The notes under the pieces: model-generated | Told to the model about the DNA's origin: nothing | Database searches by the model: none | The model's input: only the letters and a program-made list of their open reading frames with translations | Source of the DNA: Octopus bimaculoides | Taxonomy: Eukaryota | Assembly: GCF_001194135.2 (NCBI RefSeq) | Contig: NC_068982.1 | Location: forward strand, 146,484,453-146,548,452 | Length of the DNA: 64,000 nt | Direction of reading: 5' to 3' | Part shown: positions 1 to 11,606 of the stretch, in pieces | Position numbering within the stretch: the first letter of the stretch is position 1 | Layout: every line of letters starts with the position of its first letter | Translations under genes and position numbers: made by a program

Positions 1-1570
1 TTGAAAGACGTAGATATTACCAAACTGCGTTTTGATGAAGTACAGTGAGAAATGAACTCAACGTAGGACATGCTATTTCGATTAGCAACTGTGACGCGTG
101 GAATGCTAATTATATTTTCGTTATATATTCTACGAGGAACTATGATGCTACGATTACTTTTAAAAATAACAGTTGTTCTTAGGACATCTGCTAGAACTTA
201 AGTAAGAAACAGAGGTATCGTAACATTGTTTTATGCAGCGGATGAACCAAAAGATTCAGATTTATGGTATATTAAATTTTACTATTTGTTTTCCAAGAGG
301 AGAGAGAGATAAGTTAGAACATGATGTAAAAAATATTACAAACTACTAACACATATAGACGATTATGCATACAAGATGATGCCTCAGATGAATACTTGTA
401 AAATGTATCAATGGGTGGAATATTATCATAAGTATAGATTGTCAAAAACAATTTGAAATATTTGAAGCTGTGTTTTAACAGTTTCAAAGAATAAAAAAAG
501 TCTAAGAATAGACTGCTCTCAAGGTTTGATGAATAAAACCGAAATGAAAGAAAACGTATGTTGTACTTCCATATTCATTAATGGCGTGGAGCATTCCACA
601 GGAATTCAGAACTACTCCTTACATTCGCATGCGAATCCAGATTGTTGCAGATCTTTAGATGTGCAGCCTTCATTACATGAACTGCTAGAGCTCATTTTCG
701 ACAGCATGAAATTAGAAACTACAAGAGTATTTAAAAGAGTATACTTTGAAAATCAGATACTTGGTGTATTCAGTTGTATTTCAGAAAATAGGTCTTCCAT
801 ATGCACCACTGCAGATAATCTGGGAATAACAAGATAAACCTCACATAGTAGCTAATATCTATATTTGCGTTTACGCTGAGTTCCTACTATTAGTCCTTTA
901 GAACTACTGCAAATCATTTTGAAATGTAGTCTGTGCATCTTTGCTATCATCTCTGTATCAAAGAAAATACTTGAGGGGAGATAATTATTTTTAAAAATTA
1001 CTATTTCCAACTGTACACCTTTGATGGAATGTATATCGATGGAGACATGCCTCACAACATATGTTGTATATATGCTAAGCAATATGTGCCAGAGCTTCAG
1101 AAAATATAATACAAGTATGATTTGAATTTTGATCTTGCGTTATATCCGAATATAGGTACAAGTATGCATTCAAAGCCTTGATAGAATTGTTGGTGTGGTA
1201 TTAAAGAGATCTTATGAATTATTGAACCACAATGTAGCATTGATGTCAAGTATACATAAGCTTCAGGAGCACTTTGGCAACCATTGAGGTTTACTGAAAT
1301 AAGTGGTTCATTGTGAAAATGAATTGCCGATACAGATTAAGAATACTTAAAGTAGTCAGAAGTGAACAGAGGTCAGAAGACTACATTCATTCAATGCCTT
1401 ACTACAAATCGCACAGATTATTCTGCTTGAGATGTAACGTTCTTTAATTTCCAACAGCATTGTTTAGAATAGATTGATCAAAATAGACAAAAGCAATGCA
1501 CGGACATCAACTCAAATAATCTCCTTTAAGATCTCTTGAATTTGTGAAAAATATCATATGAGTACGATTT

Positions 1571-2668
1571 TGCTGCAGTTATCTTCACTACATGAATTAA
1601 AGGACAGAAATACCAAAAGTACAAGTAATTAATTATAAGAAGCGCTTTATAGTACGTACTGATTATGGTGATGGAAAACGGATTTATATATATATTAATT
1701 TGTAACTTATTCTACACATATTCCACCCCTCTTAATTAAATATTGTTGGTTTATAAGTATATAAGTCCGTCAAACTTACAGTTACCTAACAAATTACAGT
1801 TACCTGACAACGATTATAAATAGTTGAAAAGTGTGTTATCACTGAATTGCACACTTCCTGTCAATGAAATGGAACTTCCCATATCCAACTCATTACTGGG
1901 TGACTACACCAAATACATCGGAATGTTTTGATCTCACCACCAAATATTAACAAAAAACATAGAAAAATTCTTTACAGAAAGATCAAACTCTATGTCACGC
2001 TTTTAACATCTTAATGCAAGCCATATGCTTCTTCAACCTAATATTAAATATATATTTGATCATTTGGCTGTTCTGGAAGGAAAAATTATTTCCAAATTTC
2101 TATTAAGTGTATGGAAGCATGTTTGCATCAATAACAGTTAACTTTACAAAAGTTCTCGCACTGGTCTACAAATGGTGTATATTTCATTCACTTTTTCTAT
2201 TTCAATTTCCATCGACATATATTCTGGTTGTAGTTGTAATATCAACAATGAAGTCGCAAATACAATTCACTACTGTAGTTTTATATTTTTGATTGAATCA
2301 CTAAAAACGTCGCGGTGTGTATTTTACGATGTTGATCTCAATTTGCATTGTCTGTTGTTGTTTAAATGATTTGCCTTCTGAAGGCAAGAATCGGCAGCCA
2401 CATTGTGGTTTCAAGACTATTGACAGAGGCTATCGTGAAAATATCAAAGCTCTCCTCTTCATTTTGGAAGAATTTGATGAAACTGAAAATTAATTCAGTA
2501 TTCAACTAGAGAAACGAGAGGAACGTTATAAAGTGTTGATTTTGTGGTACGTGATTTTGTGCTGCAGTTATCTTCACTACATGAATTAAAGGACAGAAAT
2601 ACCAAAAGTACAAGTGATTAATTATAAGAAGCGCTTTATAGTACGTACTGATTATGGTGATGGAAAAC
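1571..2668. repeat. 109-bp direct repeat pair (1571-1679 and 2560-2668)
   Basis: TGCTGCAGTTATCTTCACTAC...GGTGATGGAAAAC occurs twice, 989 bp apart, with one mismatch (aagtAatt vs aagtGatt). Confidence 0.9.
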
Positions 2669-3360
2669 AAGATACTAAAATTAATCTTCCAATTGATGTT
2701 TTATTTCTATCGAATCAAAATCAAATGATCGATCGTTGGAAGCCTAGATCCTGCACCTTTCTCAGATAGAGCAATAATTTTCCAACGTTGCTCTTGTTAA
2801 TTTCCTAAAAGAGAAAAGTATCAGCACACCAGAGTGCAAAACAGTCACAAAAACTTCCACGCGTTCGATAACGATGGTACTTTGTACAATTATCTCTGAG
2901 CAATTGCGAAAACTTCAATAGACTTAATGGATTTGCAAAGGGAAAAAAATCAGGATAAACCAACGATATAAACGTATGATTTAAGGTGATGCTGTTACAG
3001 AAAATGAGCATTAAGACAACATGTCATTGTTCCAAGAATTAAACTGACACCGCTCTGCCATTTATCCTTTTATGATACTAGTTCACAGCTCGCGCGGCTT
3101 TTGCAAAGATATTAAATGAATTTTAATGGGTGATACAGAGCAAAGTAGACCTGTTGTTCACAAGTGATATACATTGATATTTTAAAATTTTACAACACCC
3201 TCTTTCTCCCAAAATATCATCAAGATAATATACTGTATATATCGAATTCTGAAAACTCAACTTCTTTACTAACAGAATAATTAATGCAGCGTCTTTTTAA
3301 ATACAGTGTTACGGGGTTATTATCTTTAATTTATTTTGTATTTCATTATGCAGTAAATGT

Positions 3361-3530
3361 GTGTATGTATATAAACGCATGCATACATACACATAAAAAC
3401 GTACACAGACACACAGGCATACACACACACATACGCATATATATATAGATAGACAGACAGACAGACAGATAGATAGATAGAAAGATAGATAGATACACAC
3501 ACATACATACATATATATATACATATATGT
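3361..3530. repeat. Compound microsatellite (CA/TA/GACA/GATA)
   Basis: Direct reading; it explains the YIYI/LSIY-type ORFs. Confidence 0.95.
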
Positions 3531-3879
3531 TCATATGATGATATCTTCACAATGTGTTGATGATGAGAAAAACATGTAATCGTTACCAATATAGCAAGAG
3601 ATTTCACTTCAAAGGGTCTAAAGTAGACTCCTTAAGGATCGTTCTCCTTGGTTATATATCCAAAATTTTTAATTTTAAATTTTAAATTTTGTATATATAT
3701 ATAGTACAATATTGATAATAAGCAAAATGAAGAGCTGGAACATTCAAACTTTATGTTTATTTCCAGTAGGTTTATTTATAATAATAGTCCAATGCGTGAT
3801 TTGTTTTATTTAAATAATGAAACGTATTAGTTTAAATAAGTTCAATAATGTTTCTCTCCAAACTACTAGATTAACTATA

Positions 3880-4537
3880 GTAATAAAGACGCTTATAAAC
3901 GATATAAGGATAGAATTCAATTGTGGTACATGCTCATACCTAACTGAAGGCTCGGAATTCACACTCCAGCAAGGAGAAAAATTCTCAATTAAGACCAAAT
4001 TCACATGTGCTTCCCAGAACCTTATCTATGTCCTAACCTGCTCAGGATGTGGCCACAATTATGTGGGTCAAACGAGCTACTTTGAGACGCAGAGTCACGC
4101 TGCATAAAAACCAGATTCGTTTTCCCCAGTACAGGCAGATAGCCCTGAATGAACATATCGACAGTTGCGCAAGAAATAAAACGCCGAATTTCCATATCTT
4201 TCCATGATACCAATGCAAGGATTCAATCTCCTTACAAGACCGCCGAAACAAGGAAAACCTGTTCATACAAAAGTACAGACCACACCTTAATATACAAACT
4301 TGACCACTTCAAAAATTATACTGAAGAGTTAGTTGTCCCCCTTGCCACCTCCTACCTCCCTTGGTCCACGTCCACTCTCTAGACTCATTCTTATCTTTCA
4401 AGCATCCAAAATGGCGAAACCCCTTTGTCAAAAGAATTGATTACTACGCAATGTCCCTTGAAATGCTAATGTAAATAGCGAAAACCGGTTGGATATCATT
4501 ACATCCATAAAATATGTATATTTTATGGATGTAATGA
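3880..4537 (+). mobile_element. Penelope-like element 3' remnant with GIY-YIG endonuclease (frameshifted, stop codon)
   Basis: CGTCSYLTEGSEFTLQQGEKFSIKTKFTCASQNLIYVLTCSGCGHNYVGQT, then after a frameshift LRRRVTLHKNQIRFPQYRQIALNEHIDSC...ENLFIQKYRPHLN. This is a PLE-type GIY-YIG domain, followed by a pLTR-like end. Confidence 0.88.
4451..4496 (+). ncRNA. Degenerate minimal hammerhead-like motif (U3-A8-like core)
   Basis: Stem I ATGTCC/GGATAT, core (C)TTGAAAT, stem II GCTA/TAGC, GAAA, palindromic stem III ACCGGT. The core deviates from consensus by an indel. Confidence 0.4.
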
Positions 4538-4562
4538 GTAAATATTCAAATGAATACTCGTA

Positions 4563-4566
4563 AAGA

Positions 4567-4602
<36 letters not shown>

Positions 4603-4728
4603 CATTATTATTATTATTATTATCATTATTTTTATTATCGTCGTCATCATCATCAGCATCATCATCATCATCATCATCAACATTATTATTATTATTATTA
4701 TTATTACTATTATTATTATTATTATCAG
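4563..4728. repeat. (ATT)n/(ATC)n trinucleotide microsatellite
   Basis: Direct reading; source of the poly-I and poly-N/D ORFs. Confidence 0.95.
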
Positions 4729-5444
4729 CAGTAAATCCAGTAAATCTGAACAATTGATAACAATAACAATAACATTTGTGACATGAAGCGATATTAGCAT
4801 TAAACAGCTATACAATAAATTCATAATTATATCAGTGGCTCCCCGAAGCAGCAACTTGCTAGAGAGTGGAAGTTTGCATATTTTCAGTGAGATTGGTGGT
4901 TAAGCTGGGGGTTCTTACTTCCACTTTCTATCAAGCTGGTGCTTCGTGTACACTCTAATATAATTATGAATACATACATAATTTCTTTTAAATCTTAAGA
5001 ACCTTATTTTCTACTTCTGCATACGTTCGACACTTTTATTATCGGAATGAAGCCTTACGATTCTACAACTCTTGCAATGCATTATTTATTTCGTCAAAAG
5101 CCAGGCAAGCCTTTGACGAAACAGATGAAAGTATTGAAACTACTGTACATTTATAAGGCTACCCACAGTTAGTAAAACATATTTCAATGCTGCACCATTA
5201 AAGCATTAAATATTTTGTTGAGTGATGATCTACTTGAAAAACTAGAATGTGATATATAACATATACAGGAATGTTTATCACAACTGAATCGATTTGATGC
5301 GTAAAAATATTTAGCAAGGAAAGGAAGGTATAAATTATTGAGATCGTATGGACTCCTGGTCCATGATTTAGTTATTTGATACGTTGTACACAGTCCTATT
5401 CTCTTTATACACTGATAGACATTTATTGTGCGATAAATTATTGG

Positions 5445-5852
5445 AAGCCTTGCTGGAGTGGCTTTGTGTTAAGTCACTTGCTTACCAACAACATGGTTCT
5501 AGGTTCAGTCCCACTGTGTGACACCCTGGGTAAGTGTCTTCTTCTACAGCCTCGGGCCGACCAAAGCCTTTTGAATGAATTTGGCAGACGTAAACTGAAA
5601 TAAGTGCGTGTATGCGCGCGCATGTGTGTTTGTGTGAGTGTGTGTGTGAGTGCTTGCGTGCGTTTGTGTGTCTGTGTTTGTTCCTCCAGTATTGCTTGAC
5701 AACCGATGCTGGTGTGTTTACGTCCCTATAACTTAGTGGTAGAATAAGTACTAGGCTTACAAAGAATAAGTCCTGGGGTCGATTTGCTCGACTAATGGCG
5801 GTGCTCCAGCATGGCCGCAGTCAAATGACTGAACCAGATAAAAGAATGAAAG
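5445..5852 (+). mobile_element. tRNA-derived SINE (octopus-type) with internal (GT)n tract
   Basis: A-box-like TGGCTTTGTGTT, B-box-like GGTTCAGTCCC, CORE-like CCTGGGTAAGTGTCTT, (GT)-rich middle, and a 3' end CCAGCATGGCCGCAGTCAAATGACTGAA with an AAGAAT-type tail. Confidence 0.8.
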
Positions 5853-6259
5853 ATTGATAAACCTCAATCGTTCAATCCTTCTTTAATACAAAACATAGTT
5901 TCGTCAAAATATCACGCAAAAGGAATTAACTATTGTTTTCAACGACTAAAATGAAATACCAACGGATTTAAAGAACTACAACCCTTTTAATATACTATAT
6001 AATAGCAAAGAATTATCTGCTATAACAGCGGGAACACTGTGCACCGTATCGAGCTGCACGAATTGATATCTAGGAGACAACAGTAGTGGGGGCATAAAGG
6101 AAATTTTTAACTATCTGGTATTTCTTTGTAAATGTTACTGTAAGATTAACAAATTGAAGAATTCAATAATGTTACTAAATATAACAAACATTCGATATTG
6201 AATGTTATATTATTCATTTGTGGAATAAACTCAATCATCATAAAAATGAAATGTTAATG

Positions 6260-6520
6260 AAAATTTCCAATGAAGCTCTAGATGTAATAGCAGAGCAACA
6301 AGAGAGGCGCAACAGACCATTTAATAAAGAACGAATTTAGAATTGAAATGAGAGAAAATTAAACACACCGAAGCAACAAACCAAGTACAGGAACGGAAAA
6401 CAGGAAAATATATTAAACGAATAATAAAAAGAAATTGCAATACTTTAAGGGAAAGAAAATCAAATAAAACAATAAAAACTATTGAATACACACAAAAAAA
6501 GTCTTAATATGATCACACCA
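6260..6520 (+). mobile_element. Degenerate RTE-like LINE fragment (endonuclease-RT linker)
   Basis: ISNEALDVIAEQQERRNRPFNKERI resembles the RTE/BovB WLSEEALQIAEKRREAK...KERY segment; many stops. Confidence 0.4.
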
Positions 6521-6724
6521 TTAAGAAAGGTTGTGAAGCTAAAGAAATTACTGTAAGGATAGATCAACAAGCGAAAGCAAAAGATGAAGAATATAAATGT
6601 TTCAAATTTAGAAAAATGTATTCGCAGAATATTAAGGAGTTAAACATATTAAAGTAAGAAAATATAGAAACAAAGTAACACAATTGCTAAACTTGTTTTT
6701 TGAAAAGACATGAAGTAGAAAAAT

Positions 6725-6945
6725 GAATGTGTGTGTATGTGTGTGCGTGTATCTATGTAAATATATATGTATATGTAAAGACATATGCATATATATGTAT
6801 ATATAAATGAATGTGTGCATATATACATATATATATATATATATGAAAGTATATATGTATATACACATATATGTGTATATATATATATATGTATATATAA
6901 ATGAATGTGTGCATATATACATATATATATATATATACACACAAC
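6725..6945. repeat. TA/CA/TG compound microsatellite
   Basis: Direct reading. Confidence 0.95.
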
Positions 6946-9439
6946 TGTGTGCGTGTGTGTATACAATCGCACGTACACACAGTCATATAACATTCTGGGA
7001 AATGAGATTCTTGATGAAAACCATTGAAGTAAATAAACTTCAGAAGGTTTACATAAAATATTTACAACATTTGCATACTTGTGTGTCAAACTTCCAGGAC
7101 GATTAACATTTCAAATAGATTCTATCACGGCCTATGTGACATACAATTCATCGATAGCAAGATAATATTTTTATCTTCAATGGTAAACAATATCTATTAA
7201 TTTAAATTCATCGTTTATCACTATTATCATGACATAAATAACAATTAAGGTGTTCTCCATTTTTTAAAAATAAATATTTCCCTGTTAAATGATAAAATTA
7301 CTGAATGAACTATCGTAAGTATATAACTTAATGGCAGTAATTGCTCCAAAACTAAATTACAATGCAATATTCAGCAATTGTTATCAAACTATATTTTATA
7401 CAATAAATCACAAAATAAAGCATTATATAGCATACTTGTATTTCGAGCTGGGCCTTTTTGTAAATACATTCGATCAATTTACCATTTCTTATGAAATATT
7501 ACGCATTCAACTCTTGGTTAACTACTATCTTCCCATTTAGCGTTAGAACTTGAAATAATTATTTTATGTCCTGTATGAAGCTATAAAGAAAAAAAGTTAG
7601 CATTCCCAACAAAATAAACTGTCAGAGTTCAACTGAATTGTAACAAAGAAGCTAAGACGTATACAATACAAACATTTTTTACCGAGCCTGATTATTAAGA
7701 GAAATTGCATTGCTTAAATTTAAGCTGAAAAGACTATTTTATAGGTTGCTATGAGCTAACAATGACAATATTGTAACTAAGGAAAATGATCATTGTAACA
7801 ACAACAAAAAAATGGTTGGGTAATGCATTTCGACACCAACAAATGAAATTCACAATTCTAGTTGCATTTTTTTTTTATATTTGTGATTGACGTTTAATTG
7901 TTCATTATAATTGTACTTAAGTTTTTGACACCGATAAATGTCAAAATATCATCCACTATATTAAAATATATTAATTCATTCTTTCATAAGCATGTCTACT
8001 CAACTAACAGCAACAAAAGCAATAAGAAAAACGTCGATTTAAATCAACTCAATTACGACCAAGGCATATATGGGATAATTGTATACAGTGAAAGTATCAG
8101 GTTTTAAAATTCCATGGCTAGCTTGTACAAAAGCAGTACACAATCATAATTCTGATTGTTGCCTTTAGTCAATTTTGATAGATGGTGAAAACTTTATGGT
8201 AGATGTATAATCGCTTTAAAGAGTTAATCAACTAAGTGTTCCATATTAATAGTGAACGCAAATGGTATCAGTGCTGTTGTATCTCATATTTTCTGGCACA
8301 AATTCAAGCGCAGTCTAAAACTTTGTCCCTGAATCTGTAAGATAGCATCCATCATATTCAATATGGCGCCAACAAAATAAATATTACCGTTAATAAAATA
8401 TAACTGCGTTAACAGTGTTTTGTAGACATACTATTCTGTGCTATAAAATATATCTTTAAATTTGACCAAATACTGTCTGCAATGGACATATGTAAGCACT
8501 CTAGTTTCTACATAGAGTATATTCGTGGGAAGAAACAGAAGGACCAGACTGAATTCTATGTGGCGATGTTATCAGAGTACACTCAGTAACTTATCACAAG
8601 GACATTGTCTATAAACTCTTTAAGGAGGGTAACTTATCCCGATAGAACAACAAAAGGATTGAATTTGCTCTGTAAATCGTCTTTATTATTATCTACGAAA
8701 TTCTGTACATACATATCAACTGCATGTCTCAGACAATTAAACACAGTGTTGATTAAAATGTATTATTATTACTATATGGTAAAGAACAGAAATATCATTA
8801 AGCTTCTAGCTGTTTAGTTCCATGTCAGTTCTAGTTGAGTAGACCTACGTTCCAGTCTATTCCCAATGAAGACCACCCCGTCTTTTATTAATGTATAGAA
8901 CTACACTCTCCTTAAGACAGTAGTGTATAATTTGAGGGAGGTTTGGCTTCTATTTTTAACAGGTCGAGAAATACCGTTCGAATATTTTGCTTCGTTAATT
9001 TTGTCGATGTTATGTCGCTATTACTGCTGCAGATTTTGTTTTCCTTTCCATTGCTATGATTGTTGTTATTATTGTTGGAGCTATTGTTGTTGACATAAAC
9101 ACCAGATCAGCCTTGAATGAGATATGGAAGGTTTCAAACTGTGACAATCTGTTTTTAGTTTGAGTAAAATGTAAGTAGACATTTTAAAAACTATAAATCT
9201 AGCCGCTATTTCTAGCAGATCGATTAAACGAGTGTTATTAGTTTCCTATTTATTTAGCATCACTACTACAATGCTTGTTTTTCATTATTACCATGCACGT
9301 ACCATTGATCACATTTCGGCCTTTAACCACTACACCCCATTCCCCTTACCAACCACCCTACTATCCTGTCGCTCCAAAGCATCATCCTCCGCCTCTTTCA
9401 CCGCTTAGAGTTTAACTCTGCTACTTCTTACTTCTTCCT

Positions 9440-9710
9440 GCTATCATTCAATCGTTCCTCCAAGTGCGCCCACTATAATTTTGTCTTAATGGAGGAAACC
9501 GACCGTCAGCTAGTGAACCTCAGCGATTTCCGATTTGGTAACGGACCACTTGTATCTCGATATCTTCATTTCGTTTAATCTCTTTTGATATTCAGTGAGA
9601 TTACCACTACCTGATCAATCACAATTCGACGCCAGTGAGAAGGGAAGCTCATTTTCTGTCTCCAAACTTATACACCTTTCGGTCTGAATACGCTACCTCG
9701 ATTTCTAATT
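9440..9710 (+). mobile_element. Degenerate Penelope-like GIY-YIG remnant
   Basis: SKCAHYNFVLMEETDRQLVNLSDFRFGNGPLVSRY resembles C..C..LY.GET.R.L..HL.D.R.GN..PVSRHF. RREAHFLSPNLYTF resembles the R..E..LI..L.T..P tail of PLE endonucleases. A pyrimidine-rich 3' region follows. Confidence 0.5.
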
Positions 9711-9754
9711 TACTTTTTCTCTCAAGATGCTCAATCATTATGCAACCTATCCAT

Positions 9755-9861
<107 letters not shown>

Positions 9862-10317
9862 GACACCGTTTCCATCGAATGACCTCACTCCCTCGCCTCT
9901 ACCTATTTCTCATCTCACACCATTCTCAAGATCACTCACACAACCTAAACACACCAGCATTGTACACATACATATCCATTCTCATTTACCCCTCACCACC
10001 ACACAAGCATTCACACACTTCATCTCTTCTACCATCTTGTTCCTTTGACACACTCACGTTCATAAACACGTTCGCGGACACGAATCACCACACAACGTCT
10101 CGTTGCCGCACGCATACCCACAGATACGTATACCTCCCATTCACTCATTTACATATCACAATTCACTCATTTGCATATCACCATTCATACACATTCTGTG
10201 TCTTTGATGCATACACACATACTAATATTACTCATACCTCATGTGCTCATACACATTCCTTCCAGTTCTAAACGCACACGCATACATATACATAAACACT
10301 GGGAGAAAGTTAAAGAA

Positions 10318-10497
10318 GTGATTTTGAATTCCCAAACGCAGGATAATGCTAATAATATAGCCTGAACAAGATAAGCTACCCCTATTGTGAAGAAAAAAAG
10401 TGTAGGGCCGCCTACACTTTTTTCCGCAAAATAGGGGTAGCTTATCCTGTTCAGGCTATATTATTAGCATTATCCTGCGTTTGAGAATTTAAATCAC
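10318..10497. repeat. Fold-back inverted repeat, about 88-bp arms, 4-nt loop (MITE-like)
   Basis: GTGATTTTGAATTCCCAAACGCAGGATAATGCTAATAATATAGCCTGAACA...TGTAGG-gccg-CCTACA...TGTTCAGGCTATATTATTAGCATTATCCTGCGTTTGAGAATTTAAATCAC. Confidence 0.9.
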
Positions 10498-10980
10498 GTC
10501 TGTAATTTTCTAAGACATGTCAACGCTTCTAAAAGCAAACTTCGTTTGTTTACGTTCATCATAATTTGAATTTAACTGGAAGAAAAATATGCGACTACGC
10601 ACACACACAGAAACATATACAGACACATACACACACACGTGAACTCTCTCTCTCTCTCTCATACCACCACCCACCACCCTCTACCACTTCCGCTTTCGTT
10701 GACATCTGCGTTTCACACCATTCTATTTGCTCTTTAGATTGAGCTGCATACAATATTTCCGAGTTCTCTGAACTCGCAATTTTCTCTCACCGTAATTACT
10801 TTTGTTCATACTTTCCTTCCATTTAACAGAATCTTACGTTCATAGCCACCTTACACACTTTTCTCACACCCTCCATATTCCTCTTAACTTTCCCTTTTAC
10901 TTTAACTTCGCACCGCTTTCACCTCATCAGCTTTCCGAGTTCCTCAAACGCAGATAACGCTTTCACACACACACACATAC

Positions 10981-11032
<52 letters not shown>

Positions 11033-11049
11033 CAATATATATATTGAAC

Positions 11050-11310
11050 TCACCCGTGGAAGTCGGCGTATGAGAGTGTTCATCTCTTGCCGACCTGCAT
11101 GAATGATTTGTTTATAGTGATCAAATGTTTATGCCATACATTAGCTCTCTGTCTCCATCAGATCGACGTTGTCTGAATAGTTGCACGGTGTACCACGCGT
11201 TAAGTATCGAAGCGATCGCAGAGAAACGTAAAGAATTCCTAGATAATGCACCACTGGTCTAGGAATTGAAATCACTGCAACACCCTAACCACTAAGCCAT
11301 GCACCCTCAC
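11050..11310 (-). mobile_element. Degenerate tRNA-derived SINE
   Basis: The reverse strand begins GTGAGGGTGCATGGCTTAGTGGTTAGGGTGTTGCAGTGATTTCAATTCCTAGACC (A/B-box-like head). Confidence 0.6.
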
Positions 11311-11573
11311 TATATATATATATTGTTGCTATTATGCAAAAGTGTCGTAAGTTCAAATCGTTGCTTTTTCAGAAAACGGAAAGAAAGAGTTTCACTTTTC
11401 CATAGCAAAACAATTGTACTACACTGACAATATTTGATATCTTGGCATCTGAAGCAGTTGTAGATACGATAGTTTGACCCAAAAATAACGGTTATTGCAA
11501 ACAAAAATAAATATTGAAAAAAGAACGTATTTGGCCAAATTTCAACATACGACATTTTAACATAATGGCAACG

Positions 11574-11606
<33 letters not shown>

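Noticed and set aside
1-1560. Possible LTR-retrotransposon pol relic (hints of BEL-like WYI/KMYQ, copia-like and gypsy-like words on both strands)
   Set aside because: The motif hints conflict in strand, order and spacing; no consistent family can be supported by eye.
8516-8585. Candidate exon EYIRGKKQKDQTEFYVAMLSEYT with AG/GT boundaries
   Set aside because: No recognisable homology; such splice-like pairs arise by chance in AT-rich DNA.
10895-10935. Minus-strand CTGATGA resembling a hammerhead core
   Set aside because: No convincing stem II, GAAA-stem III or stem I pairing.
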